From Microthrixaceae bacterium (GTDB lineage Bacteria > Actinomycetota > Acidimicrobiia > Acidimicrobiales > Microtrichaceae): DNA of 64,000 bases. This document shows positions 43,027 through 52,196 of this stretch, piece after piece; the stretch's first letter is position 1, and each line of letters begins with the position of its first letter. Where the stretch lies: contig JAWKIJ010000001.1 of the NCBI GenBank assembly GCA_041394325.1, positions 1,381,096-1,445,095 on the forward strand, written 5' to 3'. Made by a program: the position numbers and the translations under genes. The notes below the pieces were generated by a model. It worked only from the letters and a program-made list of their open reading frames with translations, was not told the origin of the DNA and did no database searches.

Positions 43027-44349
43027 GTGCTCGACGGTCTCGAGTCACTCGGCCCCCCACGTCGGATCGCCGTCGTGGGAGCCTCGGTCGCCGGCGTCTG
43101 CGCGGCCGCCGAGCTTCGGCGGGCGGGCTTCGAGGGTGATCTGTTGCTCCTCGACCGTTCGCCGACGGCTCCGGCCGACCCCCCGCCACTGTCCAAGGAG
43201 CATCTCGCCGGCACGATGTCGTCGGGGCAGGCCGTCGCCCGGTTGTGGGACCGCCTCGACGGGATCGAGGTGAGCCTGCGCCTCGGCACCACCGCCACCG
43301 GCTTGCGGATCCCCTTCCGCGGCGATGCCCACGCCGCCGCGGGTGGCCCGGTGCCTCCGGTCGACGCGGCGCACGACGGTCGGTCGATCGAGCTCGACGT
43401 CCTCGACGCCGACGGATCCGCCCGGACCGTCGTGCTCGACGGAGTCGTGATCGCGACGGGCTCCTCACCCCGGTGGCCCGAGGGCATGGCACCGACGAGC
43501 CGGCCGTCGGGGGTGCACGTGATCCGCGAGCTCGCCGACTCGGTCCGCCTCCGCGAGGATCTCGAGCACGGACCCCGCCACGTAGTGGTGGTGGGCGCCG
43601 GCTTCATCGGGGCGGAGGTCGCGGCAACCGCCCGCGCCGGAGGCCACGAGGTGACCATGGTCGAAGCCGCACCGCTGCCGATGAGCCGCGCGGTCGGTCC
43701 GTTGGTGGGTCGCTGGGTCGCCGACCTTCACCGTGAACAAGGGGTCGACGTCCGCCTGGGGGTGACGGTGCTCGACGTCGAGGTTGACTCCGGCGGCGCG
43801 CTGTGCGCGGTCGTCCTGAGCGACGGCACCCGCATCGACGCGACCGTCGCGGTGTTCGGGTTGGGCGCCGCCCCCGAGTTGGGGTGGCTGAACGGGTCCG
43901 GTTTGGTCGTACGCGACGGCGTGGTCTGTGACGAGACGCTCTCCGCAGCCCACGGTGTGGTCGCCGCGGGGGATGTCGCGCGATGGCAACATCGGCTCTT
44001 CGGGGAGGAGATGCGCGTGGAGCACTGGGAGAACGCCATCGAGCAGGGTGAGCACGCGGCCCGCCGCCTGTTGGGTCGTACCGAACCGTTCACGTCGGTG
44101 CCGTGGTTCTGGTCGGACCAGTACGGACACAAGATCCAACTGGCGGGCCGCCCCAGAGGTGACGACCAGGTGCAGGTGATCCGCGGTGACCCGACGTCGC
44201 GACGGTTCTGTGTGGCCTTCCGGCGAGGCGATCGTTGTACCGGGGTGTTCGGCGTCGATCAACCGGTCCCGGTGGTACGGGCACGGACCAAGATGGCGTC
44301 CTCGCTCGACTGGTCCGACGTCTGGCCGTCCGAGGGGGGCGAGAAATGA
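43027..44349 (+). CDS. FAD-dependent ferredoxin reductase (putidaredoxin-reductase type)
   Basis: ORF 43027-44349. Motifs VVGASVAGV, VVVGAGFIGAEVA, AAGDVA and WFWSDQYG. Confidence 0.85.
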   Translation: MLDGLESLGPPRRIAVVGASVAGVCAAAELRRAGFEGDLLLLDRSPTAPADPPPLSKEHLAGTMSSGQAVARLWDRLDGIEVSLRLGTTATGLRIPFRGDAHAAAGGPVPPVDAAHDGRSIELDVLDADGSARTVVLDGVVIATGSSPRWPEGMAPTSRPSGVHVIRELADSVRLREDLEHGPRHVVVVGAGFIGAEVAATARAGGHEVTMVEAAPLPMSRAVGPLVGRWVADLHREQGVDVRLGVTVLDVEVDSGGALCAVVLSDGTRIDATVAVFGLGAAPELGWLNGSGLVVRDGVVCDETLSAAHGVVAAGDVARWQHRLFGEEMRVEHWENAIEQGEHAARRLLGRTEPFTSVPWFWSDQYGHKIQLAGRPRGDDQVQVIRGDPTSRRFCVAFRRGDRCTGVFGVDQPVPVVRARTKMASSLDWSDVWPSEGGEK

Positions 44350-45038
44350 GCGCCGTCCAACTCGTCACCGGAGTGATCGAGGCGCGGGGCCTCGGGATCG
44401 GGGTGTGGGTGTTGTTCGCCGTCGCGGCCGTCCTGGCGCTGACCGACTGGTGGGCGGTGGCGGGCGAACATCGACCCGTCGAACTGTTCGCGAAGCCCGC
44501 GACGATGCTGCCGCTCATCGTGTCCGCAGCGGCGATGCCGACGTCGGAGACGGTGCTGCGCGGGTGGTTCGTCGTCGGCCTCGTGTGCTCCCTGGTGGGC
44601 GACGTGTTCCTGATGTCGCAACCTCCGGAGAGGTGGTTCGTTCCCGGACTGGCGGCCTTCCTCGTCGGTCACCTCGCGTACATCGTCGGTCTGTTGGCCG
44701 GCGGCGTCGACCGCGTCGCGGTCGTAATCGGCGCCGTCATGGTGGTGGCAGCGGTGTTCGTGCTCGGACCGAAGGTGTTGGCGGGAGCGCGGAGAGAGGA
44801 CCCACGGCTCGTCTCGCCGGTCGCCGCGTACATCGGGGTCATCTCGGTGATGGTCGTGTGTGCGATCGGCTCGACCGTGTGGTTGGCCATCCTCGGCGCG
44901 GTGCTGTTCTACCTGTCCGACCTGTGCATCGGATGGTCGAGTTTCGTCGGACCGTTCCGTCACTCCCGCCTCGTGATCATCACCACCTATCACCTGGCTC
45001 AGGCGCTGCTCGTCGCGTCGATCCACCTCTCGCGCTGA
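44346..45038 (+). CDS. YhhN-family (lysoplasmalogenase-like) membrane protein
   Basis: Tail of ORF 44235-45038 from ATG 44346 (ATGA overlap). Multi-TM protein with SLVGDVFLM and FYLSDLCIGW. Confidence 0.75.
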   Translation: MSAVQLVTGVIEARGLGIGVWVLFAVAAVLALTDWWAVAGEHRPVELFAKPATMLPLIVSAAAMPTSETVLRGWFVVGLVCSLVGDVFLMSQPPERWFVPGLAAFLVGHLAYIVGLLAGGVDRVAVVIGAVMVVAAVFVLGPKVLAGARREDPRLVSPVAAYIGVISVMVVCAIGSTVWLAILGAVLFYLSDLCIGWSSFVGPFRHSRLVIITTYHLAQALLVASIHLSR

Positions 45039-45042
45039 ACAC

Positions 45043-45075
45043 GAGGTCGGCCACGTCGGGGGTGCGGCCGACCTC
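45043..45075. terminator. bidirectional stem-loop between convergent yhhN-like and pepN genes
   Basis: gaggtcggcc (45043-45052) pairs with ggccgacctc (45066-45075), giving a perfect 10-bp stem and a 13-nt loop. Confidence 0.6.
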
Positions 45076-47626
45076 AGCCGGCGTCCAACACCGTGGCGAT
45101 CCCGCCCAGTCGTCTCCTGGCCGCCGCGTTGACCCGGGTTCGTTCGAGGTGCTGTGCAACGGTGAGGGCTCCGTGCTCCACGGGGTGCGCAGCGAAGAAC
45201 CCGCTGATCTCGGCGACGAGGTCCTCCCCGGCGAACGCCCTGATGCCACCGGCCATTCGCGCGATGCTCGACGACGGGAAGCGCTCGACGAGTTCGTCCC
45301 AGCGTGCCGAGACGAATCGCCACACGTCGGTGCCGCACACGGGGTTGCCCATCGCGGCGGCGAGCGTGAACGGGGCGTTCTGGGTTCGTACCTGGGTACG
45401 ACACAGCTCGCACAGGCGGGCGACCAGGACCGGATCGGTGAAAAGCGTCAGGCTGTTCAGCGCACGCATCTCCTCCTGTGGGGTGGAGGCGGCGAGGAAG
45501 CGGCTTTCGAGGACGTCGAACTCGTCGGTCCCACCGTGTCGGGCGACCACGTCGGGTACCGCGGCGGCGAGGTCGGGGTCGGTCGCGTCGAGTGCCGCAT
45601 CGTCGGTGAACAGGTGGCGGGCCCGTTCGACCACCGCGTCGACTCCGCCACGGATCCCGGCCAGTCGGAACAGCACCGCCCGTAGGTCGCGCCGTTCGGG
45701 GTCGTCGCCCCCGAGCGGTTCGCCCGAGAACTCCAGCCCCAGGCGCTGCGCCGCGGCCAGGGTCGTCGCGGCGACCCATCGGTACAGCGCCGGACGGTCC
45801 GACGGTTCGATCAGGAGTTCGAGCTCACCGGTGAGCGACGCGATCCGTCGCCAGGTCGCCGGGCCGGTCGCCACTCCCGCGACGCGTCCGACGGTGGACA
45901 CGAGACCGACCGGGTCCAGGCGGTCTCCGAGGAACGCCGCCCAGGCGTCGTCGATCAGGGCATAGCGATCGATCTCGTCGAGGCGCCCGGCAGCGAGGCC
46001 GAGTGCCTCACGTAGCTCCGGCGAGTACGCGCTGCGGTAGAAGCCGTTGAACCCGTCGTTGACGTTGACCCATTCCGGAGCCCCCCCGAGGTCGACCTCG
46101 AGCTCGGAGCCGTCCAACAGGACATGGTGGCTGGTGGTCGCCTCGCCGTTCCCCGCGGTGATCTGGATCGGGACCACCCAACGGTGCGACGCGACGGGGT
46201 CGGCACCGGCGAACGATGCCGGGGTCTGGCGGAGCCGCACCCCCCGGTCGGTGCGCTCGACGCCGATGACGGGGTGGCCGCCCTGCAGTATCCACGTGTC
46301 CATCACCGTTCCGACGTCGACGCCGGTCGCGGCCGAGAGTGCACGCCATAGATCCGCGGTGTCGGTGTTGGCGTGGGAGTGCTCCTTGAGATAGCGGTGG
46401 ATGCCGTCGCGGAACCGGTCGCTCCCCACCCAGGTATCGAACATCCGCAGCACGGAGGCGCCCTTCTCGTAGGTGAGGATGTCGAACATCGCCTCGGCAT
46501 CCGCGGGGGTGGGTACCTCGAACTCGATCGGTCGGGTGCTCGCCAGCGCGTCGGTGTCGAACGCCATGGACTTCGAGAGGCCGAACGAGCTCCACACCCG
46601 CCAGTCGGGTCGGAAGGCGTCGATGCAGGAGAACTCCATGAAGGTGGCGAACGCCTCGTTGAGCCAGATGCCGTTCCACCAGCGCATGGTGACGAGATCA
46701 CCGAACCACATGTGCGCGATCTCATGCGCGATCACCGTCGCCGAGCGTTCGAGCTCCGATCGGTTCGCATCGTGCTCGTCGACCAACAGGATCGACTCGC
46801 GGAACGTGACGCAGCCGAGGTTCTCCATCGCTCCGAACGCGAAGTCGGGGATCGCGATCAGGTCGAGTTTGTCGCCCGGATACGCGATGCCGTAGTAGTC
46901 CTCGAACCACTCGATCGAATGCGCCGCGACCTCCAGGGCGAACGCCGCGAGGTTGCCGTGCCCGGGGCGGTGCAGCACCCGGATGTCGATCCCGCGCGCC
47001 ACGACGGTCTCGGACGCCTCGAGGTCGCCGATCACCCACGCGACGAGATAGGTCGACATCGACATGGTGGGCGCGAAGTCCACGAGCACCCGACCGTCGG
47101 CCAGCGTGGTGCGCGACCGCTCCGCACCGTTGGACACCGCGGCGAGTCCCGCGTCGCACACCACCGATATCTGGAACACCGCCTTGAACTCGGGTTCGTC
47201 CCAGCAGGGAAACGCCATGCGGGCGTAGGGCGCCTCGAACTGCGTGACGCCGATGCGCCGGTCGCTCCCGTCGTGGTGGTAGTCGGAGGTGTAGAAGCCC
47301 ACGAGCCCTTCGCCGTAGGTGCCGTGGTATTCGAGTTGGATCCGGATGTCGGACGGTGACAGCGGGGTCGCCGGGTCGATGTACAGCAACTCGGCATCGT
47401 GGTCGTAGCGAACGGTGGCCGCCGTTGTCACCCCTCGCGAATCGAGGGTGACCGAATCGATCGTGAGCCCCTTGGCGTTGCAGACGATCGTGTCGACGGG
47501 CTGCACGACCCGGGCGTCGATCGTGACCGATCCGCGGAAGCGTTCGTCGTCGAGCGACGCGTCGACCACCAACTCGTAGCGGGACGGGACGACGTCGTGT
47601 GGAAGGCGGTGCGGGTCGGTGCTCAT
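45074..47626 (-). CDS. pepN: aminopeptidase N (M1 family)
   Basis: ORF 45074-47626, 850 aa. Motifs GAMENLG and HEIAHMWFGDLVTMRWWNGIWLNEAFA. Confidence 0.95.
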   Translation of the reverse strand: MSTDPHRLPHDVVPSRYELVVDASLDDERFRGSVTIDARVVQPVDTIVCNAKGLTIDSVTLDSRGVTTAATVRYDHDAELLYIDPATPLSPSDIRIQLEYHGTYGEGLVGFYTSDYHHDGSDRRIGVTQFEAPYARMAFPCWDEPEFKAVFQISVVCDAGLAAVSNGAERSRTTLADGRVLVDFAPTMSMSTYLVAWVIGDLEASETVVARGIDIRVLHRPGHGNLAAFALEVAAHSIEWFEDYYGIAYPGDKLDLIAIPDFAFGAMENLGCVTFRESILLVDEHDANRSELERSATVIAHEIAHMWFGDLVTMRWWNGIWLNEAFATFMEFSCIDAFRPDWRVWSSFGLSKSMAFDTDALASTRPIEFEVPTPADAEAMFDILTYEKGASVLRMFDTWVGSDRFRDGIHRYLKEHSHANTDTADLWRALSAATGVDVGTVMDTWILQGGHPVIGVERTDRGVRLRQTPASFAGADPVASHRWVVPIQITAGNGEATTSHHVLLDGSELEVDLGGAPEWVNVNDGFNGFYRSAYSPELREALGLAAGRLDEIDRYALIDDAWAAFLGDRLDPVGLVSTVGRVAGVATGPATWRRIASLTGELELLIEPSDRPALYRWVAATTLAAAQRLGLEFSGEPLGGDDPERRDLRAVLFRLAGIRGGVDAVVERARHLFTDDAALDATDPDLAAAVPDVVARHGGTDEFDVLESRFLAASTPQEEMRALNSLTLFTDPVLVARLCELCRTQVRTQNAPFTLAAAMGNPVCGTDVWRFVSARWDELVERFPSSSIARMAGGIRAFAGEDLVAEISGFFAAHPVEHGALTVAQHLERTRVNAAARRRLGGIATVLDAG

Positions 47627-47735
47627 GGCGGCGGTACGGTCCTCGGGTCGAGCGGGTGTGCTCCCACGGTACGCTCACCGCCGTACCCCTCGACGACGGA
47701 CCGACCGGCTCGATCGGGCGGGGGAGGTTGGGAGG

Positions 47736-48578
47736 ATGGCGATGACGACCACGCTGGAGGTTTCCCACGAGGGGCCGGTCGCCCACGTCCGTCTGTGCCG
47801 TCCCGACGAGCTGAACACGATGAACGCGGCCTTCTGGTCCGAACTTCCCGAGGTGGTCGACGAGATCGACCGGACCGGTGAGACCCGGGCCATGGTCCTG
47901 TCCTCGACCGGGCGCCACTTCTCCGCGGGGATGGACCTCGGGGTGTTCTCCGGATCGTCGGTGGGGGTCCTCCCGTCCGATGCCGTCGCCGAAGAGGGGC
48001 GCCGTCGCGCCCAGATCTGGATGCTCGTGCAGCACCTCCAGGAGAGCTTCAACTGCCTGGAGCGGGCACGGTTCCCGGTGCTCGCGGCGATCCAGGGTGG
48101 CTGCATCGGCGGTGCGGTCGACATGGTCTGCGCGGCCGACATGCGCTACGCCACGGCCGACGCGTTCTTCTGCATCCAGGAGATCAACATCGGCATGACG
48201 GCCGATCTCGGGACGCTCCAACGCCTGCCCAAGCTGGTCCCCGAAGGCCTCGCGCGTGAGCTTGCCTACACCGGAGATCGGATGCCCGCCTCCCGGGCGC
48301 GGGAGATCGGCCTCGTCAACGAGGTGTTCACCGACCACGACGAGATGCTCGGCAAGGTGATGGACGTCGCGGAGCGAATCGCCAAGCGCTCACCGCTGGC
48401 GATCTGGGGAACCAAGGAGATGGTCAACTTCGGCCGCGACCACGGGGTGGGCGACTCGCTCCGCTACATGGCCGCGTGGCAGAGCGGAATGTTCCAACCG
48501 GGCGACATGATGGAGGAGTTCGGCGCCAGGGCCGAGCGCCGTGATCCCTCCTTCGAGCGCAATCCCCGCCGCGTCTGA
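47736..48578 (+). CDS. enoyl-CoA hydratase/isomerase (dienoyl-CoA isomerase-like)
   Basis: Tail of ORF 47619-48578 from ATG 47736. Motifs FSAGMDL, AAIQGGCIGGAVDMVCAADMRYA and INIGMTADLGTLQRLP. Confidence 0.85.
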   Translation: MAMTTTLEVSHEGPVAHVRLCRPDELNTMNAAFWSELPEVVDEIDRTGETRAMVLSSTGRHFSAGMDLGVFSGSSVGVLPSDAVAEEGRRRAQIWMLVQHLQESFNCLERARFPVLAAIQGGCIGGAVDMVCAADMRYATADAFFCIQEINIGMTADLGTLQRLPKLVPEGLARELAYTGDRMPASRAREIGLVNEVFTDHDEMLGKVMDVAERIAKRSPLAIWGTKEMVNFGRDHGVGDSLRYMAAWQSGMFQPGDMMEEFGARAERRDPSFERNPRRV

Positions 48579-48590
48579 TCCCGCCCGATC

Positions 48591-49187
48591 TCAGTCGTCG
48601 TCGGGGGGCAGGTGCTCCATCGACAGGTCGCCCAGCTTCACGAGCACCGCGCTGATCCATCCCCCGAGCGCGGCGAAGTGTCCGTCGAGCTCGTCCCCGT
48701 CGGCGAGGACGTTCTCGTCGAGTTCGTAGGAGCCGTCGTAGGTGACCTCGATCGCGTGCCGGGCGCTCGTGAGGTCGTCCTCGTACTGGATCTCGACCAT
48801 CGGCAACGTACGCGTCAACCGCTCCTCGCCGACCGGCGGTGACTCCTCGGGGAGCACGGCGAGCACCTTCGCCGGATCGGGTGGTTCGGCGAGCCGTTGC
48901 ACTCGGAGCACCACCTCGATGTCGATCCGTGGTGGCTCGTCGAACTCGTCGCCGATGTACCACGAGCGGTACGCGGTCTGCGACCAGGTCGGCCACTGCA
49001 GGGTCAGGTCGCAACGCGTCCGCGGCGGCTCTCCTTCGCCGGGCAGCGAGTAGGAGGTCTCCCACGTGAGGTCGCCCAGCAGGACGTCGGCGTTGAAGCG
49101 CTCCTCGACGGCCTGGCGTTCGAGCATCGCCTGTTCGAGCGCGGCGCGCAGTGCGCCGATGGCGTCGGTGAAGACGTGGTCCAACAT
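48591..49187 (-). CDS. hypothetical acidic protein, no family recognised
   Basis: ORF 48591-49187 with non-shadow-like composition (MLDHVFTDAIGALRAALEQAML...). It fills the gap between two firm genes. Confidence 0.5.
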   Translation of the reverse strand: MLDHVFTDAIGALRAALEQAMLERQAVEERFNADVLLGDLTWETSYSLPGEGEPPRTRCDLTLQWPTWSQTAYRSWYIGDEFDEPPRIDIEVVLRVQRLAEPPDPAKVLAVLPEESPPVGEERLTRTLPMVEIQYEDDLTSARHAIEVTYDGSYELDENVLADGDELDGHFAALGGWISAVLVKLGDLSMEHLPPDDD

Positions 49188-49222
49188 GTCGTTGCTGGGA
49201 GGCTAACGGCGGTGGGTGAGGG

Positions 49223-51028
49223 TCAGGCGCTCGCGAGTTGCTCGGGTGACAGGGCGAACAGGTCCGACGCGCCTGCTGTCACCGAGGCGGCCATTCCCGC
49301 GACGCGGGGAACGAGCTGGGTGATGAAGAATCGAGCCGAGGTCACCCGGGCGGCCAGGTAGTCGGGGTCGTCGATTCCGGCGGCGAGGTCGGCCCGGGCG
49401 CCGAGCGCGAGGAGCGCCTGCATCCAGCCTCCGGTGACGGTGCCGAACATCGTCAGGTACGGCGTGGCACCGGCCAGTGCTTCGCGGGGATCCGCGAGGC
49501 CGTGTTCGAAGATCCAGTTGGTGACGTTCTCCAACTCGTCGAGCGCAGCGCCGAGCGGGCCGCCCAGCGGGGCGAGCTCGGCATCGGCCTCGAGATCCTT
49601 GATCGTCTCGCGGATACGAGCGAAGTGCTCCTGGGCCACCGCTCCCATGCGCATGGGCAGCTTCCGGCCGACGAGGTCCATCGCCTGGATGCCGTTGGTG
49701 CCCTCGTAGATGGGTGCGATCCGCATGTCCCGGAAGTGCTGGGCGACCCCGGACTCCTCGATGTAGCCCATTCCGCCGAACACCTGGATGGCGTCGGAGG
49801 TGACGGCCATCCCGACGTCGGTGCACCACGCCTTGCTCACCGGGGTCAGCAGTTCGGCGATCTCCTCCCACTTCTCCCGCTCTGCCGGGTCGGCGAGGCT
49901 GCGGCTGAAGTCGATGGCCGACGCGTTGTACACGACCAACGCCCGCATCGCGTCGACCTGGCTGCGCATCGACAGGAGCATGCGTCGAACGTCGGGGTGG
50001 GCGATGATGAACGCCGGTTCGTGGCCGGTGCCGCCGATTTCCTTGCCCTGGCGTCGCTCCTGGCTGTAGGCGAGCGCCTTCTGGTAGGCGGCGTCGCCGA
50101 GCGCGAAGCCCTGGATGCCGACGGCGAGGCGGGCGCTGTTCATCATGGTGAACATCGCCCGCATGCCCTGGCCCTCCTCGCCCACGAGGTAGCCGACCGC
50201 GCCGCCCCTGTCTCCGTAGCTGAGCACGCAGGTGGGCGATGCGTGGATACCCATCTTGTGTTCGATGGACACGCAGGTGACGTCGTTGCGTTCGCCGAGG
50301 GTGCCATCCGCGTTCACGAGGTACTTCGGCACGATGAACAGCGAGATGCCCTTGGTGCCGGGGGGTGATCCCGGTACGCGGGCCAGCACCAGGTGGATGA
50401 TGTTCTCGGCCATGTCGTGCTCGCCGAAGCTGATGAAGATCTTGGTCCCCGAGATCCGGTACGTACCGTCGTCGTGAGGCTCGGCCTTGGTGGTGCACAG
50501 GCCGACGTCGGAGCCGGCCTGTGGTTCGGTGAGGTTCATGGTGCCGGTCCACTCGCCGGTGACGAGGCGCCGGAGGTACACCTCCTTCTGCTCTTCGGTG
50601 CCCCAGTGCTGGAGGCACTCGATCGCACCCGTGGTCAGCCCCGGACACATCGTGAGTGCCCCGTTCGCCGCGGTCATGAACTCTGCGGCGATCGCGAACA
50701 CGGCCTCGGGAAATCCGGCCCCGCCGTACTCCTGAGTGGCGTTGAAACCCTGCCATCCGGCCTCGACGAACTTGGAGTACGCCTCTTTGAACCCGGTCGG
50801 CGTCGTGACGACACCACCGTCGAGACGCAGGCCCTCGATGTCGCCGGAGCGGTTCAGCGGCCCGAAAACCTCCTGCATGAACCGTCCGTGTTCCTCGAGG
50901 CACGCCGTCACCGTGTCGATGTCGGCGTGTGCGTACCGGTCGGTCGCCGCCAATTCGCCGATGCCGCCAACGTGGCGAAGTGCGAACAGGCCGTCGTGGA
51001 TGGGGGCACGGTATTCGGACATCCTCAA
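49223..51028 (-). CDS. long-type acyl-CoA dehydrogenase (FadE-like, about 600 aa)
   Basis: ORF 49223-51028. Motifs TEPQAGSD, KIFISFGEHD and GGMGYIEE. The start is either TTG 51028 or ATG 51022. Confidence 0.9.
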   Translation of the reverse strand: MRMSEYRAPIHDGLFALRHVGGIGELAATDRYAHADIDTVTACLEEHGRFMQEVFGPLNRSGDIEGLRLDGGVVTTPTGFKEAYSKFVEAGWQGFNATQEYGGAGFPEAVFAIAAEFMTAANGALTMCPGLTTGAIECLQHWGTEEQKEVYLRRLVTGEWTGTMNLTEPQAGSDVGLCTTKAEPHDDGTYRISGTKIFISFGEHDMAENIIHLVLARVPGSPPGTKGISLFIVPKYLVNADGTLGERNDVTCVSIEHKMGIHASPTCVLSYGDRGGAVGYLVGEEGQGMRAMFTMMNSARLAVGIQGFALGDAAYQKALAYSQERRQGKEIGGTGHEPAFIIAHPDVRRMLLSMRSQVDAMRALVVYNASAIDFSRSLADPAEREKWEEIAELLTPVSKAWCTDVGMAVTSDAIQVFGGMGYIEESGVAQHFRDMRIAPIYEGTNGIQAMDLVGRKLPMRMGAVAQEHFARIRETIKDLEADAELAPLGGPLGAALDELENVTNWIFEHGLADPREALAGATPYLTMFGTVTGGWMQALLALGARADLAAGIDDPDYLAARVTSARFFITQLVPRVAGMAASVTAGASDLFALSPEQLASA

Positions 51029-51030
51029 AT

Positions 51031-51046
51031 GTTACCGGTGGGTAAC
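51031..51046. promoter_or_regulatory. palindrome GTTACCggtgGGTAAC directly upstream of the acyl-CoA dehydrogenase start
   Basis: 6-bp inverted arms with a 4-bp spacer, 3 nt from the candidate start codon. This resembles a TetR-type operator, but it is a single occurrence. Confidence 0.35.
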
Positions 51047-51100
51047 TTCGGTCGCCACCCGCTCGGCACCGTGTTCGGTGTCGGTCGCCGCAGCACGCGC

Positions 51101-51131
51101 GAGGGCCCGGGTCATGCTGACCCGGGCCCTC
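51101..51131 (-). terminator. strong stem-loop downstream of the lipoprotein gene
   Basis: gagggcccgggtc (51101-51113) pairs with gacccgggccctc (51119-51131), giving a perfect 13-bp GC-rich stem and a 5-nt loop. It lies 44 nt past the stop at 51175. Confidence 0.7.
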
Positions 51132-51174
51132 GTCGGTGATGAACGGGGTCGGAGCGACCCCGGCTATCAGGTGA

Positions 51175-52056
51175 TCAGGCGGCTGCCGCGACCGGCCCCG
51201 CGTTGAAGTTCCAGGTGTGGCTACCACCGCAGCACGACCATTGCTGACCGTTGAAGTCCTTCGACGTCGTGGTCGTGTAGAAGCCGCCACGGGTGATGTC
51301 CGGTGGAAGGTCCACCGCCGGGATCGAAAGGTTCGGGAACGGAGTCGAGGCGATGGAGTTGTTGACGATGTCCGCCAGGCCGCCCTTGGCCGCGATTCCG
51401 ACGTACATGCCGCCGCCCATCACGTCGTCGCCCAAGCCGAACAGCGGGATGTTCTGGGCCAGGATCACGATGGCCGAGCCCAGGTTCGAGGTGATCAGGC
51501 TCAGCAGCTGGTTGGTGTCCGAAGGAACCGAACCCTTCGCGATGGTGTCGTTCAGGGCGTCCTTCAGCACCGAGGCGGTCTTGTCCGCGGCGGCTCCGAC
51601 GCCCACCGTGTCCTCCTCCATGGCCCAGACGTAGCTGCCCGTGATCTCGAGGTGGTTGTTGGTGTCGAGCAGGTCGAGCACGTCGAGCGGCACGACGTTG
51701 TTGAAGTTGGCGGTCGCCTGGGCGTTGCCGGTCACCGCGCGGGTCGAGCCGGCCCCCATGCTGCTCTGCGAATACGAGCGACTGCCGGTCACCCACGTCT
51801 GCGCCGAATCGGCCTCGCCGATCTTCACGCGGAAGTTGATCATCAGCACGTACGGCTCGTCGCTGCAGCCGGTCAGGCTGATGCAGGTGCCGAAGATGGG
51901 ATCGCGGATCTCGTCCTGGCTGCTGTTGACGGTGACCTGGGTCGCCTTGAACGCGAAGTTCACGGACTCGGGCGGCTGGGCCGGACAGGCCGTGGCCAGC
52001 AGGCTCGTCGTGGCGAGGACGCCGACGAGGACGCCCCTGCGAACGGTTTTCTTCAT
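51175..52056 (-). CDS. secreted lipoprotein of unknown function
   Basis: ORF 51175-52482; start at ATG 52056 (GGAGGGAC upstream). MKKTVRRGVLVGVLATTSLLATAC (lipobox). The mature part is rich in Asn/Ser/Thr and ends QQWSCCGGSHTWNFNAGPVAAAA. Confidence 0.7.
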   Translation of the reverse strand: MKKTVRRGVLVGVLATTSLLATACPAQPPESVNFAFKATQVTVNSSQDEIRDPIFGTCISLTGCSDEPYVLMINFRVKIGEADSAQTWVTGSRSYSQSSMGAGSTRAVTGNAQATANFNNVVPLDVLDLLDTNNHLEITGSYVWAMEEDTVGVGAAADKTASVLKDALNDTIAKGSVPSDTNQLLSLITSNLGSAIVILAQNIPLFGLGDDVMGGGMYVGIAAKGGLADIVNNSIASTPFPNLSIPAVDLPPDITRGGFYTTTTSKDFNGQQWSCCGGSHTWNFNAGPVAAAA

Positions 52057-52196
52057 GTCCCTCCTCAGGTCATCCGCCCCGACCGTTCGGCCCGCCGGCG
52101 GATCCGTACCGCGCAGGTGACGCGGTCGTTCACGAAAGGTATCCAAAATTGTCGACCAAGGCAACGTTCTCGGAACGGGATTCTCCGGATCGGACG

